Shown piece by piece: positions 11,439-21,614 of a DNA stretch of 64,000 nucleotides. Positions within the stretch are counted from its first letter, which is position 1. The number at the start of each line of letters is the position of its first letter. A model generated the notes under the pieces. The model saw only the letters and a program-made list of their open reading frames with translations. It was not told the origin of the DNA and made no database searches. Source of the stretch: Deinococcota bacterium (GTDB lineage: Bacteria; Deinococcota; Deinococci; Deinococcales; Thermaceae); assembly GCA_041695225.1 (NCBI GenBank), contig JBGFRI010000037.1, forward strand, positions 1 to 64,000. The letters are read 5' to 3'. A program made the translations under genes and the position numbers.

Positions 11439-12176
11439 ATGCATACCGAATACCACAAGTGGTTCAGCCCAGCACTGGGGCATGATATGGAACTCAAGCT
11501 CTACGGCCACTACGGCCAGCCGGTGATCGTCTTCCCCGCACAAAACGGAAGATGGTACGACTGGGAGGGGCATGCCGGAATGGCCCAGGCCCTCGCTCCC
11601 ATGATCGAGGCCGGGCGGGTCAAGTTTTTTTGCGTGGATGGCATTGACTGGCAGAGCTGGACCAACCAGAGCATTCCCCCTGCCCAAAGGGCCCGGCGCC
11701 ACAACGATTATGACGCCTACATTATGCAGGAAGTGGTCCCGTTCGTGCAGCAGCACACCGGCCTAAAGACCATGTGGGTCACCGGGTGTAGCATGGGGGC
11801 CTACCATGCCGCCAACTTCTTCTTCAAATACCCCGAGGTATTTGATGGCCTGATCGCTTTGTCGGGGCTCTACCAGGTAGGCGGCTTTGTGGGAGACCAG
11901 GGGGGTATGGATGCTTACTACAATTCCCCGCTGTGGTACTTGCGCAACCTTACCGATGAGGACAAGCTGGCCGCCTACCGGCGCAACAAGATTGTTTTTG
12001 CACTAGGGCAGGGGCGCTGGGAGGAAGACTGCCTCCGTGATGCGCACGAGATGCAGGAGCTGCTCCACCAGAAGGGCGTGTACGCCACCTTCGACTACTG
12101 GGGCCACGATGTGGACCACGACTGGCCCTGGTGGCAGAAGATGCTGCCGCACGAGCTGGAGCGGCTGGGGGTCTAG
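11439..12176 (+). CDS. Alpha/beta-hydrolase (putative esterase)
   Basis: GCSMG nucleophile elbow; WGHDVDHDWPWW. Confidence 0.85.
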   Translation: MHTEYHKWFSPALGHDMELKLYGHYGQPVIVFPAQNGRWYDWEGHAGMAQALAPMIEAGRVKFFCVDGIDWQSWTNQSIPPAQRARRHNDYDAYIMQEVVPFVQQHTGLKTMWVTGCSMGAYHAANFFFKYPEVFDGLIALSGLYQVGGFVGDQGGMDAYYNSPLWYLRNLTDEDKLAAYRRNKIVFALGQGRWEEDCLRDAHEMQELLHQKGVYATFDYWGHDVDHDWPWWQKMLPHELERLGV

Positions 12177-12760
12177 ACACTTGCTTACATGGTCGCGGCC
12201 CTGCGGGGCACAAAACCTGGCGTATTGGTGTATTTTGTATAACCGGTATAGTTGAAAGGCGAGGCAAGCCCAGAATACAATGCGCCTCACTACTCGAGGT
12301 CTGATGAGTCTTCACCTGGGTAGGGAAGCCGTGACAGTGTCCGTGGTAATTGTGCAGCTGTGGTTCTCGCCTTCATGAATAAGCTGATGATGATCGAGCG
12401 TGATTTGGTGAAACAGTACAAATGCAGCGTCTGGCTAAAGAGCTGGGTTCTAGACCGAACAAAGCCTCTAGAGTGCTGGATGGTGAAAGTGCACCTAAAT
12501 CTTGCATCTCTAATACCCAGGGCCTTCCAGACCGCCAGGATATGCTGTGCCTGGCTGCTCCGGTACAGCAGACCTGGTGCGGATTGTGGGCTGGAGTCTA
12601 AGGTAAAACTTTTATTTATGCGGCTGCTGTCATGGGGTTGCATAGGGACTTGCAAAGCCGTAATCCACAGAAAGTCGCTAGCGGAAAAGGCCGGGAAGGG
12701 CGTTGGCCCAGGGCTCGTTAATGTCAGCTACGGCCTTAGCAAGAGTGAGGGTCAGAGCGG

Positions 12761-15010
12761 ATGAACACCGACAAACCATCGCGGCTGGTGGCGCTGGCGC
12801 TGGTGCCGTTTGCCCTGTTTGCTCTGGCGCTCATGGTCTACCTTACTGCCGAACTGCCAGTACGGATACACCTGCCCTGGATTCCCTCGCTTGGCATCGA
12901 GGCTTCGCTGCATATAGATGGGTGGGCGCTACAGTTTATACTACTGATCACCGGTATTGGCGGCTTTGTTCTGGTCTACGCGGCGGGCTACCTGGCGGGC
13001 GACCCAAAGCGTAAAAGGGTATTTGTGCTGCTGCTGGTCTTCATGGCTGCAATGCTCGGCAGCGTCAGCGCCGACAACCTGATCGTGCTCTTCGTCTTCT
13101 GGGAGCTAACCGGCCTGACCTCCTTCCTACTGGTAGGCACCAAACACGAGGACGCTACCGCGCGCGCTAGCGCGCGCCAGGCCCTGGTGGTAACCGGTGG
13201 CGGTGGTCTGGTTATGCTGGCGGGCCTCATCTTGCTGGGGCAGGTAGCCGGAACCTTCTCGATCTCCGAACTGATCGCCAGCGGGCCTAACTGGATTAAC
13301 CACGAGCTGGTTCCGCTGGCGCTGGTCTGTATCTTTATCGGGGCCTTCTCCAAAAGCGCGCAGTTCCCCTTCCACTTCTGGCTGCCCAACGCCATGAGCG
13401 CCCCAACCCCGGTCTCGGCTTACCTGCACTCGGCCACCATGGTAAAGCTGGGCATCTATTTGCTGGGTCGGCTTCACCCGGCTTTTGACGAGCTGGTCCT
13501 GTGGCAGGTCTCCCTCATAACCGTGGGTGTAGTGACCTCGGTGCTGGCCATGGTACTGACCCTGCGTGAGCGCGACCTCAAGCGCATCCTGGCCTGGTCA
13601 ACGGTGGCTGCGTTGGGCACCCTGGTAATGCTGATTGGCCAGCCTGGCGACGGCGCGGTCATGGCCACCAGCGCCTTCCTGCTGGCGCACGCTCTATACA
13701 AGGCGCCGCTGTTCTTTGTGGCGGGTAATGTGGACCATGCCGCCGGAACCCGCAACATTGACCATCTGTCCAGACTGGTCAGAGTAATGCCTCTTAGTGC
13801 AGTAGCGGCGCTGCTGGCGGCAGTTTCGATGGCGGGCATGCCCTTATCATTTGGCTTCATAGCCAAGGACTTAATCGAGCTCGCTAAGTATGATGGCCAG
13901 ATTTTTGCCTGGGCCGGCCACGCCAGCATGTTCGTCAGCGCAATGTCGGTGGCGGTGGCCGCAGTGGCGGCAGTCCGGGTCTTCTGGCAGCACAACGGCG
14001 AGGCCAGCACCGAGGGGGTGCATGAAGGCGGCCCCCTGCTATGGCTACCTCCGCTGGTGGTTGCAGGGCTGGGTATTGTGCTGGGCTTAGCGCCACATCT
14101 GGTGGGCCCACTGATTGGGGCTGCTGCCGAGTCCATGTGGCCAGCCCTGCAGCACGAGGAACTGATAATCCTGCTAGACGGGTATGTCCTGGTATCGCTA
14201 GTTACTGCCAGCGTGATTGGGCTAGGCTTCTTCTTCGCCTGGGATATGTTGCACAAACTGCTCGAGCGTGGGCGTGAGCTCGAGCGCTTCTCGCCCTCAG
14301 CCTGGTACGACCTGCTAATACGTGGCATCCCGGCAGTGGCAAAGTGGCTGACCCCTCGGCTGCAGCACGGCAGCCTGGTCGGTTATGTGGCTATGCTGCT
14401 CGGTGCAGTGGTTGTGGCCATAGTGCCGGCACTGGTAATTTGGAACAGAAAGTGGCCCGCATTCGACCCGCCATCGCTAGCGGTGGCCGGGGTAGGTCTG
14501 TTGCTGGTGGTGGCGGCTATTGCTGCCTGCCGGGTGCGCGACTCTTTCGTTCTGCTGCTTACCAGCGGTCTGGTGGGGTTTGGTTCTGCGCTGTTGTTTC
14601 TGTTTCTGGGCGCGCCCGATCTTGCTCTCACCCAGTTTGCGGTGGAGGTGGCTTTTGTGGTGGTGATTGCAGCCATCCTGCTGCGGGTACGCAGGCTAGA
14701 CCTGAAACCAGCCCCGGTTCACAACACTAAAGCCCGCGCAGCAATGGCAGTAGGGGTGGGAACGGTTATAGCGGCTTTGGTTCTTGCTGCCACCGCAGGC
14801 CCCTTCGACCCAGTTCTAACGCAGTACTTCGCCGAGCGAGCAGTGCCGGATGCTCATGGCCGAAATGTGGTCAATGTGGTGCTGGTAGACTTCCGGGCGG
14901 TTGACACCCTGGGAGAGATCGCAGTGGTTGGGGCGAGCTTTGTAGCCACCATACCCTTGCTGTTGTTAGTACGGGCTCGACTGGCAAAGTCACGGAGGAA
15001 CAAGCCATGA
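12761..15010 (+). CDS. mrpA: Mrp Na+/H+ antiporter subunit A
   Basis: KSAQFPFHFWLPNAMSAPTPVSAYLHSATMVK; GRNVVNVVLVDFRAVDTLGE. Confidence 0.93.
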   Translation: MNTDKPSRLVALALVPFALFALALMVYLTAELPVRIHLPWIPSLGIEASLHIDGWALQFILLITGIGGFVLVYAAGYLAGDPKRKRVFVLLLVFMAAMLGSVSADNLIVLFVFWELTGLTSFLLVGTKHEDATARASARQALVVTGGGGLVMLAGLILLGQVAGTFSISELIASGPNWINHELVPLALVCIFIGAFSKSAQFPFHFWLPNAMSAPTPVSAYLHSATMVKLGIYLLGRLHPAFDELVLWQVSLITVGVVTSVLAMVLTLRERDLKRILAWSTVAALGTLVMLIGQPGDGAVMATSAFLLAHALYKAPLFFVAGNVDHAAGTRNIDHLSRLVRVMPLSAVAALLAAVSMAGMPLSFGFIAKDLIELAKYDGQIFAWAGHASMFVSAMSVAVAAVAAVRVFWQHNGEASTEGVHEGGPLLWLPPLVVAGLGIVLGLAPHLVGPLIGAAAESMWPALQHEELIILLDGYVLVSLVTASVIGLGFFFAWDMLHKLLERGRELERFSPSAWYDLLIRGIPAVAKWLTPRLQHGSLVGYVAMLLGAVVVAIVPALVIWNRKWPAFDPPSLAVAGVGLLLVVAAIAACRVRDSFVLLLTSGLVGFGSALLFLFLGAPDLALTQFAVEVAFVVVIAAILLRVRRLDLKPAPVHNTKARAAMAVGVGTVIAALVLAATAGPFDPVLTQYFAERAVPDAHGRNVVNVVLVDFRAVDTLGEIAVVGASFVATIPLLLLVRARLAKSRRNKP

Positions 15011-15441
15011 CCCAGCGCGCGGTAATTCTCGATGTGGCCGTGCGGATCCTGTATCCGCTTATGCTTGCCGCAGCTTTCTGGTTTCTGCTGCGCGGCCATA
15101 ACGAGCCGGGTGGCGGGTTCATTGGTGGGATGGTCGCAGTTGCGGCCACAGCCATGCTAGCCGTTGCTCGTGGAGCAGATTTCGCTCAGTCGCGTATGCC
15201 ACTTGGGCCGCTGCGACTGGTCTATGCTTCGCTGCTGCTTTCGTTTGTCTCTGGCCTTCCGGCCTTGGGGCACAACCTGCCTTACATGACCCACCTGTGG
15301 GGCTCGATACCTCTGGGCTTCACCGAGTTCAAGGTCTCAACGGTGATGCTATTTGACCTCGGGGTTTTTGGCACGGTATGGGCGGGGCTGGGGGGTCTGT
15401 GTGCCCGGGTGGTTGCCATTGATGAGGAGACCGAGCCATGA
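15007..15441 (+). CDS. mrpB: Mrp antiporter subunit B
   Basis: LRGHNEPGGGFIGG; FDLGV. Confidence 0.92.
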   Translation: MTQRAVILDVAVRILYPLMLAAAFWFLLRGHNEPGGGFIGGMVAVAATAMLAVARGADFAQSRMPLGPLRLVYASLLLSFVSGLPALGHNLPYMTHLWGSIPLGFTEFKVSTVMLFDLGVFGTVWAGLGGLCARVVAIDEETEP

Positions 15442-15869
15442 TCTGGGTGCTCGCTATTGCAATCGGTGCCATGGTGGCTGCAGGGGTCTACCTGGTACTG
15501 GGGCGCGACCTGCTACGGGTGGTTATCGGCGTATCACTAATTGGCGCCGCGGCTAACCTGTCTTTTTTTGTCGCTGGCCGTGTTGGAACCATGATTCCGC
15601 CGGTGGTTCCGCTAGGAGAAACCCTGCTGGCGCCCGACGCGGCCAATCCGCTTCCGCAGGCCCTGGTCTTGACCGCAATTGTGATTGGAATGGCGCTGAC
15701 TTTCTTCTCGCTGGTACTGGTGCTGGCGATCAGCCAGGAAACCGGCAATAACGACATCGAAAAACTGCGAGAAGCCGAGCCCCCACCGGCCGCTAACGGC
15801 CAGCCGGTGCTGGAAGATGCCACCATCAGCGAGCAACCTGACCCCAGGGCGCTAGAGGAGGGGCGATGA
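15438..15869 (+). CDS. mrpC: Mrp antiporter subunit C
   Basis: NPLPQALVLTAIVIG. Confidence 0.92.
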   Translation: MIWVLAIAIGAMVAAGVYLVLGRDLLRVVIGVSLIGAAANLSFFVAGRVGTMIPPVVPLGETLLAPDAANPLPQALVLTAIVIGMALTFFSLVLVLAISQETGNNDIEKLREAEPPPAANGQPVLEDATISEQPDPRALEEGR

Positions 15870-17332
15870 GCGAGAATATCTGGGTTGCTGCGCCAGCTCT
15901 GGTTCCGCTGGGTATAGCCCTGCTTACCGGCCTGCTGTCGGGGCAGCCCCGCTGGCAGGCTGCGGTAAGCCTGGCCGGAGCATTTGCTCTGCTGGCCAGC
16001 ACCCTGGTGTTACTAGCTTATGCCGAGGCTGGAATCATTCTGCGCATGTCGTTTGGTGACTGGGAAGCTCCCTTCGGTATTGAGTTTGCTGCCGACCGGC
16101 TTGGCGCCAGCATGGCGGCTATCGCTGCGCTGATGGGACTGGCGGCGCTGCTGTTTCAGCTCTCCGACGCAGATGCAGCCTCAGTCTCACCCACGCTGCA
16201 TCCACTGGTTCATCTGTTGCTGGCCGGTGTTGGCGGCGCTTTTATGACCGCTGACCTGTTCAACCTGTATGTCTGGTTCGAGCTGATGTTGATCTCGGCC
16301 CTGGGCCTGCTGGCCTACGGTGCACGACCCCGGCATCTGGATGCAACACTAAAGTATTTCGTGCTAAGCACGCTGGGCACCTTGTTCATGCTGGTCTCCA
16401 TCGCCAGCGTTTATGGCGCAACCGGGCACCTGAACTTTAGTGCACTGGAGCAGGTCGGGCTCCAGGACGAGGCAGGACGTCTTACCCCTTTTATAGTTGC
16501 ACTGGTGCTGGCGTTCTTAATCAAGGCCGGCGCATTTCCGGTGTTCGCCTGGCTACCGGCTGCGTACCACACCCTTCCAGCTCCGCTTTTGGCTCTGTTC
16601 GCCGCGCTGCTGACCAAGGTGGGGGTATATGCAGTGCTGCGCGTACTCGGCGACGTGTTTTCTACCACACCCGCAATTGTCTACGAGGTGCTGGGCTGGG
16701 TGGCGGTGGCAACGATGATTACCGGGGTGCTTGGGGCTGCCTATCACTGGGACATGCGGCGCATCCTGGCTTTTCACATAATCAGCCAGATCGGTTACAT
16801 GTTGCTGGGTATCGGGCTAGCCAGCCAGCAGGGGTATGTTGGTAGCATCTTCATGATTATTCACAACATCGTCGTTAAGACCAACCTTTTCCTGATCGCT
16901 GCCATCGCCTACCGGCTAACCGGCAGCTACGATTTGCGACGCTGCGGCGGGCTGTACAAAGTGCGGCCCTGGCTGGGCGTTTTGTTTCTGGTGCCCGCGC
17001 TATCGCTGGTGGGAATTCCCCCACTCTCGGGCTTCTGGGCCAAGTTTATACTGGTTACCGAGTCGGTAGTGCAGGGGCAGTTTGTCTGGGCAGCCGCAGC
17101 ACTGCTGACCGGTTTCCTGACCCTGTACTCAATGATGAAAATCTGGCTTGAGGCTTTTTGGAAAAAACATCCAGATTCCCACTGGACCCTGCCTGATAAG
17201 ACCCGGCTGGCCCCTGCTTATGCAGTCACCATTACCCTGGCTGTGCTTACCGTAGTGATTGGCATTGCACTTGAGCCGCTACTGCAGTTTACTCAACATG
17301 CGGTTGGGCAGATGATGGAGGCGCCGCCATGA
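15866..17332 (+). CDS. mrpD: Mrp antiporter subunit D
   Basis: DLFNLYVWFELML, LLTKVGVYA and GIPPLSGFWAK. Confidence 0.92.
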   Translation: MSENIWVAAPALVPLGIALLTGLLSGQPRWQAAVSLAGAFALLASTLVLLAYAEAGIILRMSFGDWEAPFGIEFAADRLGASMAAIAALMGLAALLFQLSDADAASVSPTLHPLVHLLLAGVGGAFMTADLFNLYVWFELMLISALGLLAYGARPRHLDATLKYFVLSTLGTLFMLVSIASVYGATGHLNFSALEQVGLQDEAGRLTPFIVALVLAFLIKAGAFPVFAWLPAAYHTLPAPLLALFAALLTKVGVYAVLRVLGDVFSTTPAIVYEVLGWVAVATMITGVLGAAYHWDMRRILAFHIISQIGYMLLGIGLASQQGYVGSIFMIIHNIVVKTNLFLIAAIAYRLTGSYDLRRCGGLYKVRPWLGVLFLVPALSLVGIPPLSGFWAKFILVTESVVQGQFVWAAAALLTGFLTLYSMMKIWLEAFWKKHPDSHWTLPDKTRLAPAYAVTITLAVLTVVIGIALEPLLQFTQHAVGQMMEAPP

Positions 17333-17682
17333 CCGCACAGCGTACCTGGGTTGCGGTTGTTCTACTGTTGCGCTTTTTATGGCAGGTAGTGGTCTCGGGT
17401 GTGGCAACCGCCTGGATAATTATTCGCCCGGGCATCCGGCCACGGCCTGCACTGGTACGCATGCCGATCACGGGCTTGTCCGAGACCGGGGCCGCGCTGC
17501 TCGCCTCTATGATTACCCTGACTCCCGGTACCACCGCCATTGACATTGACATGCAGCGTGGTGAGCTGCTGCTACACCTGCTGGAGGGAGCCGACCCAGA
17601 CGGTGCGGTGGCAGGGATCCGACGCAGCTTTGAGCCGCCACTACTGATCCTGTTTCCCGCGAAAAAAGAGGCTAGCCCATGA
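17329..17682 (+). CDS. mrpE: Mrp antiporter subunit E
   Basis: MITLTPGT motif; operon position. Confidence 0.88.
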   Translation: MTAQRTWVAVVLLLRFLWQVVVSGVATAWIIIRPGIRPRPALVRMPITGLSETGAALLASMITLTPGTTAIDIDMQRGELLLHLLEGADPDGAVAGIRRSFEPPLLILFPAKKEASP

Positions 17683-17948
17683 CACCACTGGTGATTTTAA
17701 TTGTTCTGGCGTCGCTGGTCGCGGTCGCGCTGGCGGTTGCGCGTCTGCTGCTCGGACCGAGCCAGGCCGACCGCATAATTGCGCTGGACGTGGTCTTTTC
17801 TGCCAGCATAGCCCTGGCGGTAGCGGCGGCCCTGGCCAGCGGGCGAACCCTCTACCTGGATATCGCTATTGGACTGTCCATCATCGGATTTGTGGCGACG
17901 ATGGTCTGGGCGCGACTGATTGATAAGACCACGGAGGGTCCTTCATGA
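17679..17948 (+). CDS. mrpF: Mrp antiporter subunit F
   Basis: GPSQADRIIALD; operon position. Confidence 0.88.
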   Translation: MTPLVILIVLASLVAVALAVARLLLGPSQADRIIALDVVFSASIALAVAAALASGRTLYLDIAIGLSIIGFVATMVWARLIDKTTEGPS

Positions 17949-18005
17949 AAAAACCTGTCCCATTTCTATCCCACAGCTTTTGGCGGTGGCAGCGGAGAAA
18001 CCCTT

Positions 18006-18365
18006 GTGAGTGAGCTGGGCGCTGTACTGGTGATACTGGGTCTGGCGTTGCTAATTATAGCGGCTACGGGACTGTTCTTACTGCCCGACGCGCTCTCGCG
18101 GCAGCACGCCGCAACTAAGTCGGGTACGCTAGCGCTTGCTCTAATCCTGATAGGCGCTGCTTTGTGGGCGCAGCAGCCCGGCTGGGCCTGGCGGGTGGTG
18201 GTAATTCTGGTTCTGCTGCTGCTCACCTTGCCGGTGGCATCGCAAATGCTGGCCCGGGCTGCCGCACGCGAGGCCTATCGCAGCGACCAGCTAACAGGCG
18301 CACCCCGTGCCGATGCCAGGACCGGAGGAACAATGGGTGCGGGTGGGCCGCCTGCAAGAAAATAG
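18006..18365 (+). CDS. mrpG: Mrp antiporter subunit G
   Basis: PDALSRQHAATKSGTL; LTLPVASQMLARAA. Confidence 0.88.
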   Translation: MSELGAVLVILGLALLIIAATGLFLLPDALSRQHAATKSGTLALALILIGAALWAQQPGWAWRVVVILVLLLLTLPVASQMLARAAAREAYRSDQLTGAPRADARTGGTMGAGGPPARK

Positions 18366-18525
18366 TCGAAGGTCTAAGGTCGAAGGTCAAGTAAAGGCCC
18401 AAGGCTTTTAGCTTTAGGCTATCGGCTAATGGAATGTCGAAGATCTAGGGTCGAAGGTCGAAGACAAGCCCGTACACCAGGGGGACGACCAGCCCTCGAC
18501 CCTCGACTCTCAACCCTCGACTTCC
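18363..18525. repeat. Degenerate heptamer tandem repeats (GGTCGAA-type), in both orientations
   Basis: gtcgaaggtctaaggtcgaaggtcaa... followed by cctcgaccctcgactctcaaccctcgac between convergent genes. Confidence 0.75.
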
Positions 18526-18539
18526 TGCCCCTGAAGCAC

Positions 18540-19757
18540 CTAGCCTACCGGCTCTCGCCCCAGCATCTGGTGTACGGCTCGGCCTAAGCGTTTGATGCCC
18601 TCCTGGAGTTCGGCCTGTGTAGCGCTGGAGTAAGACAGCCGAAGGGTGTTTCGGCCGCTACCGTCGGCGTAGAAAGGCTGGCCGGGCACGAAGGCCACCT
18701 TCTCCTGTACAGCCTGGCGCAACAGCTGGGTGCTATCCAGGCCCTGCGGCGCGGTAAGCCAGAAGAACATCCCACCGCCCGGCACCATCCAGCCCAGGTC
18801 CTCCGGCATGTATTTTTGCAGGGCGTCCAGCATCCAGCCGCTGCGGGCCTGGTAGGTCTGGCGAATTTTGCCAATCTGGCTGCGGTACCACTGAGTATCC
18901 TGTACCAGCTCGTAGACCAGCATCTGGTTGAGGGTAGAGGTGTGCAGGTCGGCCCCTTGTTTGGCATAAACGATCTTCTGGATAACTGGCTTGGGCCCCA
19001 CCACCCAGGCCACCCGCAGGCCAGGGGCCAGGGTTTTGGAGATGGTGCTGAGGTAGATCACGTTACCCCCGCCAAGCTCGAGGTCGAGGGCGTAAAGGGT
19101 GGGCAGAGGCTGCCCGCTAAAGTACAGCTCGGCATAGGCGTCGTCTTCCAGAATGGGGGTCTGGTACTGGCGGGCCAGCGCCACGATGGCCCTGCGCCGG
19201 GCCAGGCCCATCAAGCGGCCAGACGGGTTCTGGAAAGTAGGAAGAACGTAGATGAACCTGGCTTTGTGGGCTTTCAGGACGGCCTCGAGCTCGTCGAGCC
19301 GCAGGCCCTCGTCGTCCATGCTGACCGTGATGTACCGGGGCTCGTAGGGGTTAAATGCGCTCAGGGCACCCAGGTAGGTAGGGGCTTCGACCACTACTTT
19401 TGAGTCGGGGTCAATCAGCACCTTGCCAATCATGTCCAGCCCCTGCTGCGAGCCCGAGACAATCTGCACGTTTTCGGCGCTGGCGCCGGGCATCCGGCTG
19501 GCCACCCAGTCCCGCAAAGCCAGATAACCCTCGGTGGTGCTGTACTGCAGGGCCTGGCTGCCGCGCTCGAGCAAAATCTGGCGCACAGTCTCGGCAATGC
19601 GCTGAGTAGGGAACAGGTCGGCGGCGGGCAGCCCGCCAGCAAAGCTAATAAAGCCTGGCTGGGTGGTCAGTTTGAGAATTTCGCGGATGGTAGAGGCTTG
19701 TATGCGCTGGGTTCGGGCCGCAAAGCGGTGGTCGTAGTAAGCTTGCAAGTCTTCCAC
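18540..19757 (-). CDS. PLP-dependent class I aminotransferase (LysN-like)
   Basis: ISFAGGLP, PTFQNPSG, EDDAY and STISKTLAPGLRV. Confidence 0.88.
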   Translation of the reverse strand: MEDLQAYYDHRFAARTQRIQASTIREILKLTTQPGFISFAGGLPAADLFPTQRIAETVRQILLERGSQALQYSTTEGYLALRDWVASRMPGASAENVQIVSGSQQGLDMIGKVLIDPDSKVVVEAPTYLGALSAFNPYEPRYITVSMDDEGLRLDELEAVLKAHKARFIYVLPTFQNPSGRLMGLARRRAIVALARQYQTPILEDDAYAELYFSGQPLPTLYALDLELGGGNVIYLSTISKTLAPGLRVAWVVGPKPVIQKIVYAKQGADLHTSTLNQMLVYELVQDTQWYRSQIGKIRQTYQARSGWMLDALQKYMPEDLGWMVPGGGMFFWLTAPQGLDSTQLLRQAVQEKVAFVPGQPFYADGSGRNTLRLSYSSATQAELQEGIKRLGRAVHQMLGREPVG

Positions 19758-19773
19758 ACCCTAGTATAAGTCA

Positions 19774-19968
19774 CAGGTTACGGGTCGAAGGTCGAGGGTT
19801 GAAGGTCAAGGGTCTAGGGTCGCAGGTCTCAGGTCACATGTCACAGGTCAAAGGTCGAAGGACGAAGGTCGAAGGTCGAAAGTCAAAGGTTGCAGGTCTC
19901 AGGTCTCAAGTCGCAGGTCAAGGACGAAGGTCAAGGACGAAGGTCGAAGGTCAACGGTCGAAGGTCAA
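19774..19968. repeat. Heptamer tandem array (GGTCGAA/GGTCAAA/GGTCGCA)
   Basis: About 25 consecutive degenerate 7-mers; produces spurious KVEGR ORFs. Confidence 0.85.
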
Positions 19969-20038
19969 GGGGCGATCGTCCGGCCGGTGTGCAGGCTGGC
20001 AGTCAATTGTCCATGGACTATGGACCATAGACTATGGA

Positions 20039-20350
20039 CTATGGACACAATGTCCAGACCGTATCCCGGTCCAGTCTGAGCGACCGGCTGAAGCGGAGGA
20101 ATCCCGGCTGGCCGGGCTGGGTTCCTTCGGCGCGGAGTTCGTAGCGGCCTTCGCGCAGGCCAGCAAACAGCCTCGAGCCCCGCACCGTGCCCACAAACTC
20201 GCCGTTGATGAAGAAAAATACCGTCAGGTTGGGGCCAGTACACTGGTTCTGGACAGTCAGGTCGAAGCGCCGCACGACTGCGGTAGGAGCAGGCACACAC
20301 GATGTGAGCACCAGACCCAGAATCAGCACAATGAACAATCCTCGAGCCAT
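20039..20350 (-). CDS. Putative lipoprotein
   Basis: Signal peptide with lipobox LTSC; beta-rich mature part. Confidence 0.7.
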   Translation of the reverse strand: MARGLFIVLILGLVLTSCVPAPTAVVRRFDLTVQNQCTGPNLTVFFFINGEFVGTVRGSRLFAGLREGRYELRAEGTQPGQPGFLRFSRSLRLDRDTVWTLCP

Positions 20351-20670
20351 CTGACCCTTGATACCTCGAGGCCCGCCAAGTTACATGAGGGCTGCCAAGC
20401 AAACGGGCCTTGACCGGCTTCGTAGGGGTCGTCAACTTTTGGCTCATAACGCAGCCACCCATTCGACAACACCCCAGAATGTGACAGTGAACGATTATGG
20501 GAGCAGTAATTCTGCAAAGACCTTGTGCTCGAGGCAGATCTCAAGCGGCCCGTGCGCTTCTATTCGCGCACCTGGCTATTCCCGCTCATTACGATTGTTT
20601 TGAATAAGCAACCCTTCCCCAGAAAGTTAGGAAAAGTACGCCTTTGATGTAGACAGGACACATCGAAACG

Positions 20671-20797
20671 GCCTAACGGTCAAGCGCAGGCGCGACGCCG
20701 CTTAGCACTTGTACGAAGTTTCGTACCAAGACGAATACCACTAGCTGCACGATTTTTGACCGACGTAGGCAGCGTCGCTTGCAGCGCCTTGTTCGCT
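20671..20797 (-). mobile_element. attC site of the restriction-modification cassette
   Basis: Minus strand AGCGAAC ... imperfect inverted repeat ... GTTAGGC, 127 bp, just after the endonuclease stop. Confidence 0.8.
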
Positions 20798-20816
20798 GCT
20801 ATCATCCCATTGTGCC

Positions 20817-21593
20817 TTACTCTGAGGTTAGTTCAAGGAGCCGTGTTCGTAAGTTCTCACTTTGCACGAAAAACTCTTGTAATCGGTTCCTCGTTCTAGT
20901 ATCCATCGACATCCAGAGGGTATTGCCTTCCGACTTTTGACCACCATGCTGATTTGTCAATATACGTTCTTGGTAGAGCGGCATAATTTGCGTAGCAGGT
21001 ATAACCCACCACTCCAACCCTGAATTAGTCGCTCCGAGGCAAAGTAGAACGTCGTAATCCATCGTTGCCGCTTTCCCCATCCACGGATCGCGGATCTGTT
21101 GAAAACGGAAACCAGGCGCTTCACTAGAAGCTTTTAGTTCTATAAGTAAACCAGCCCTTTTCTCACTAGGCCGCCAAAGTAAATCGAAGTACGTACTTCC
21201 AGGCTGCTTTGCCAATCCATCACCAGGCTGCATAATCCAAAAACTCGTTATTTTTGGCGCGACCGTTTCGCCGAATGCCTTGCCACTGACTGTTTGAAGA
21301 AAAGCTAATGGAGACCGCCGAAGATCGTCAAGCAGAGCTAGGTGATAGTCATTCTCCGTAATCAAGCCGCGCTCAAGCCCTACACCAGCGGCAATTTTTA
21401 GGTCTGACGCTTCGGGATCAAATCCTAAAGGAAAAAGTTTCGCTTGGTCTTGCGGCGAAAGTGAAGCTAGCACAGCGCTTTGTATTAACTCTGTCAATGC
21501 AATACGACTTGGACGAAGACTCGCTCGTCCTTGTCGTACTTCTCTCCTGAGTGTTTGTTGACAGTAAGCCGCAAACTCATCCCAAGTTGGCAT
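20817..21593 (-). CDS. Putative type II restriction endonuclease (PD-(D/E)XK)
   Basis: YFDLLW...LIELKAS catalytic-like motif; directly downstream of a methyltransferase; lower GC. Confidence 0.7.
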   Translation of the reverse strand: MPTWDEFAAYCQQTLRREVRQGRASLRPSRIALTELIQSAVLASLSPQDQAKLFPLGFDPEASDLKIAAGVGLERGLITENDYHLALLDDLRRSPLAFLQTVSGKAFGETVAPKITSFWIMQPGDGLAKQPGSTYFDLLWRPSEKRAGLLIELKASSEAPGFRFQQIRDPWMGKAATMDYDVLLCLGATNSGLEWWVIPATQIMPLYQERILTNQHGGQKSEGNTLWMSMDTRTRNRLQEFFVQSENLRTRLLELTSE

Positions 21594-21614
21594 GATAATC
21601 GCTCCAAGGTGAGG

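Noticed and set aside
12298..12340. Hammerhead ribozyme-like CTGATGAG plus stem
   Set aside because: The required GAAA after stem II is GTGA, and no convincing stems I/III
12190..12760. Na+/Li+ riboswitch or real ORFs upstream of mrpA
   Set aside because: No motif recognised by eye; the 121/134-aa ORFs look non-coding or decayed; needs an Rfam search
19799..20413. 204-aa ORF with KVEGRKSKV repeats
   Set aside because: Translation of the heptamer array plus the antisense of a lipoprotein gene
20400..20670. Further cassette downstream of the R-M attC
   Set aside because: Begins with GTTAGGC but has no intact ORF or recognisable attC; at most a decayed remnant
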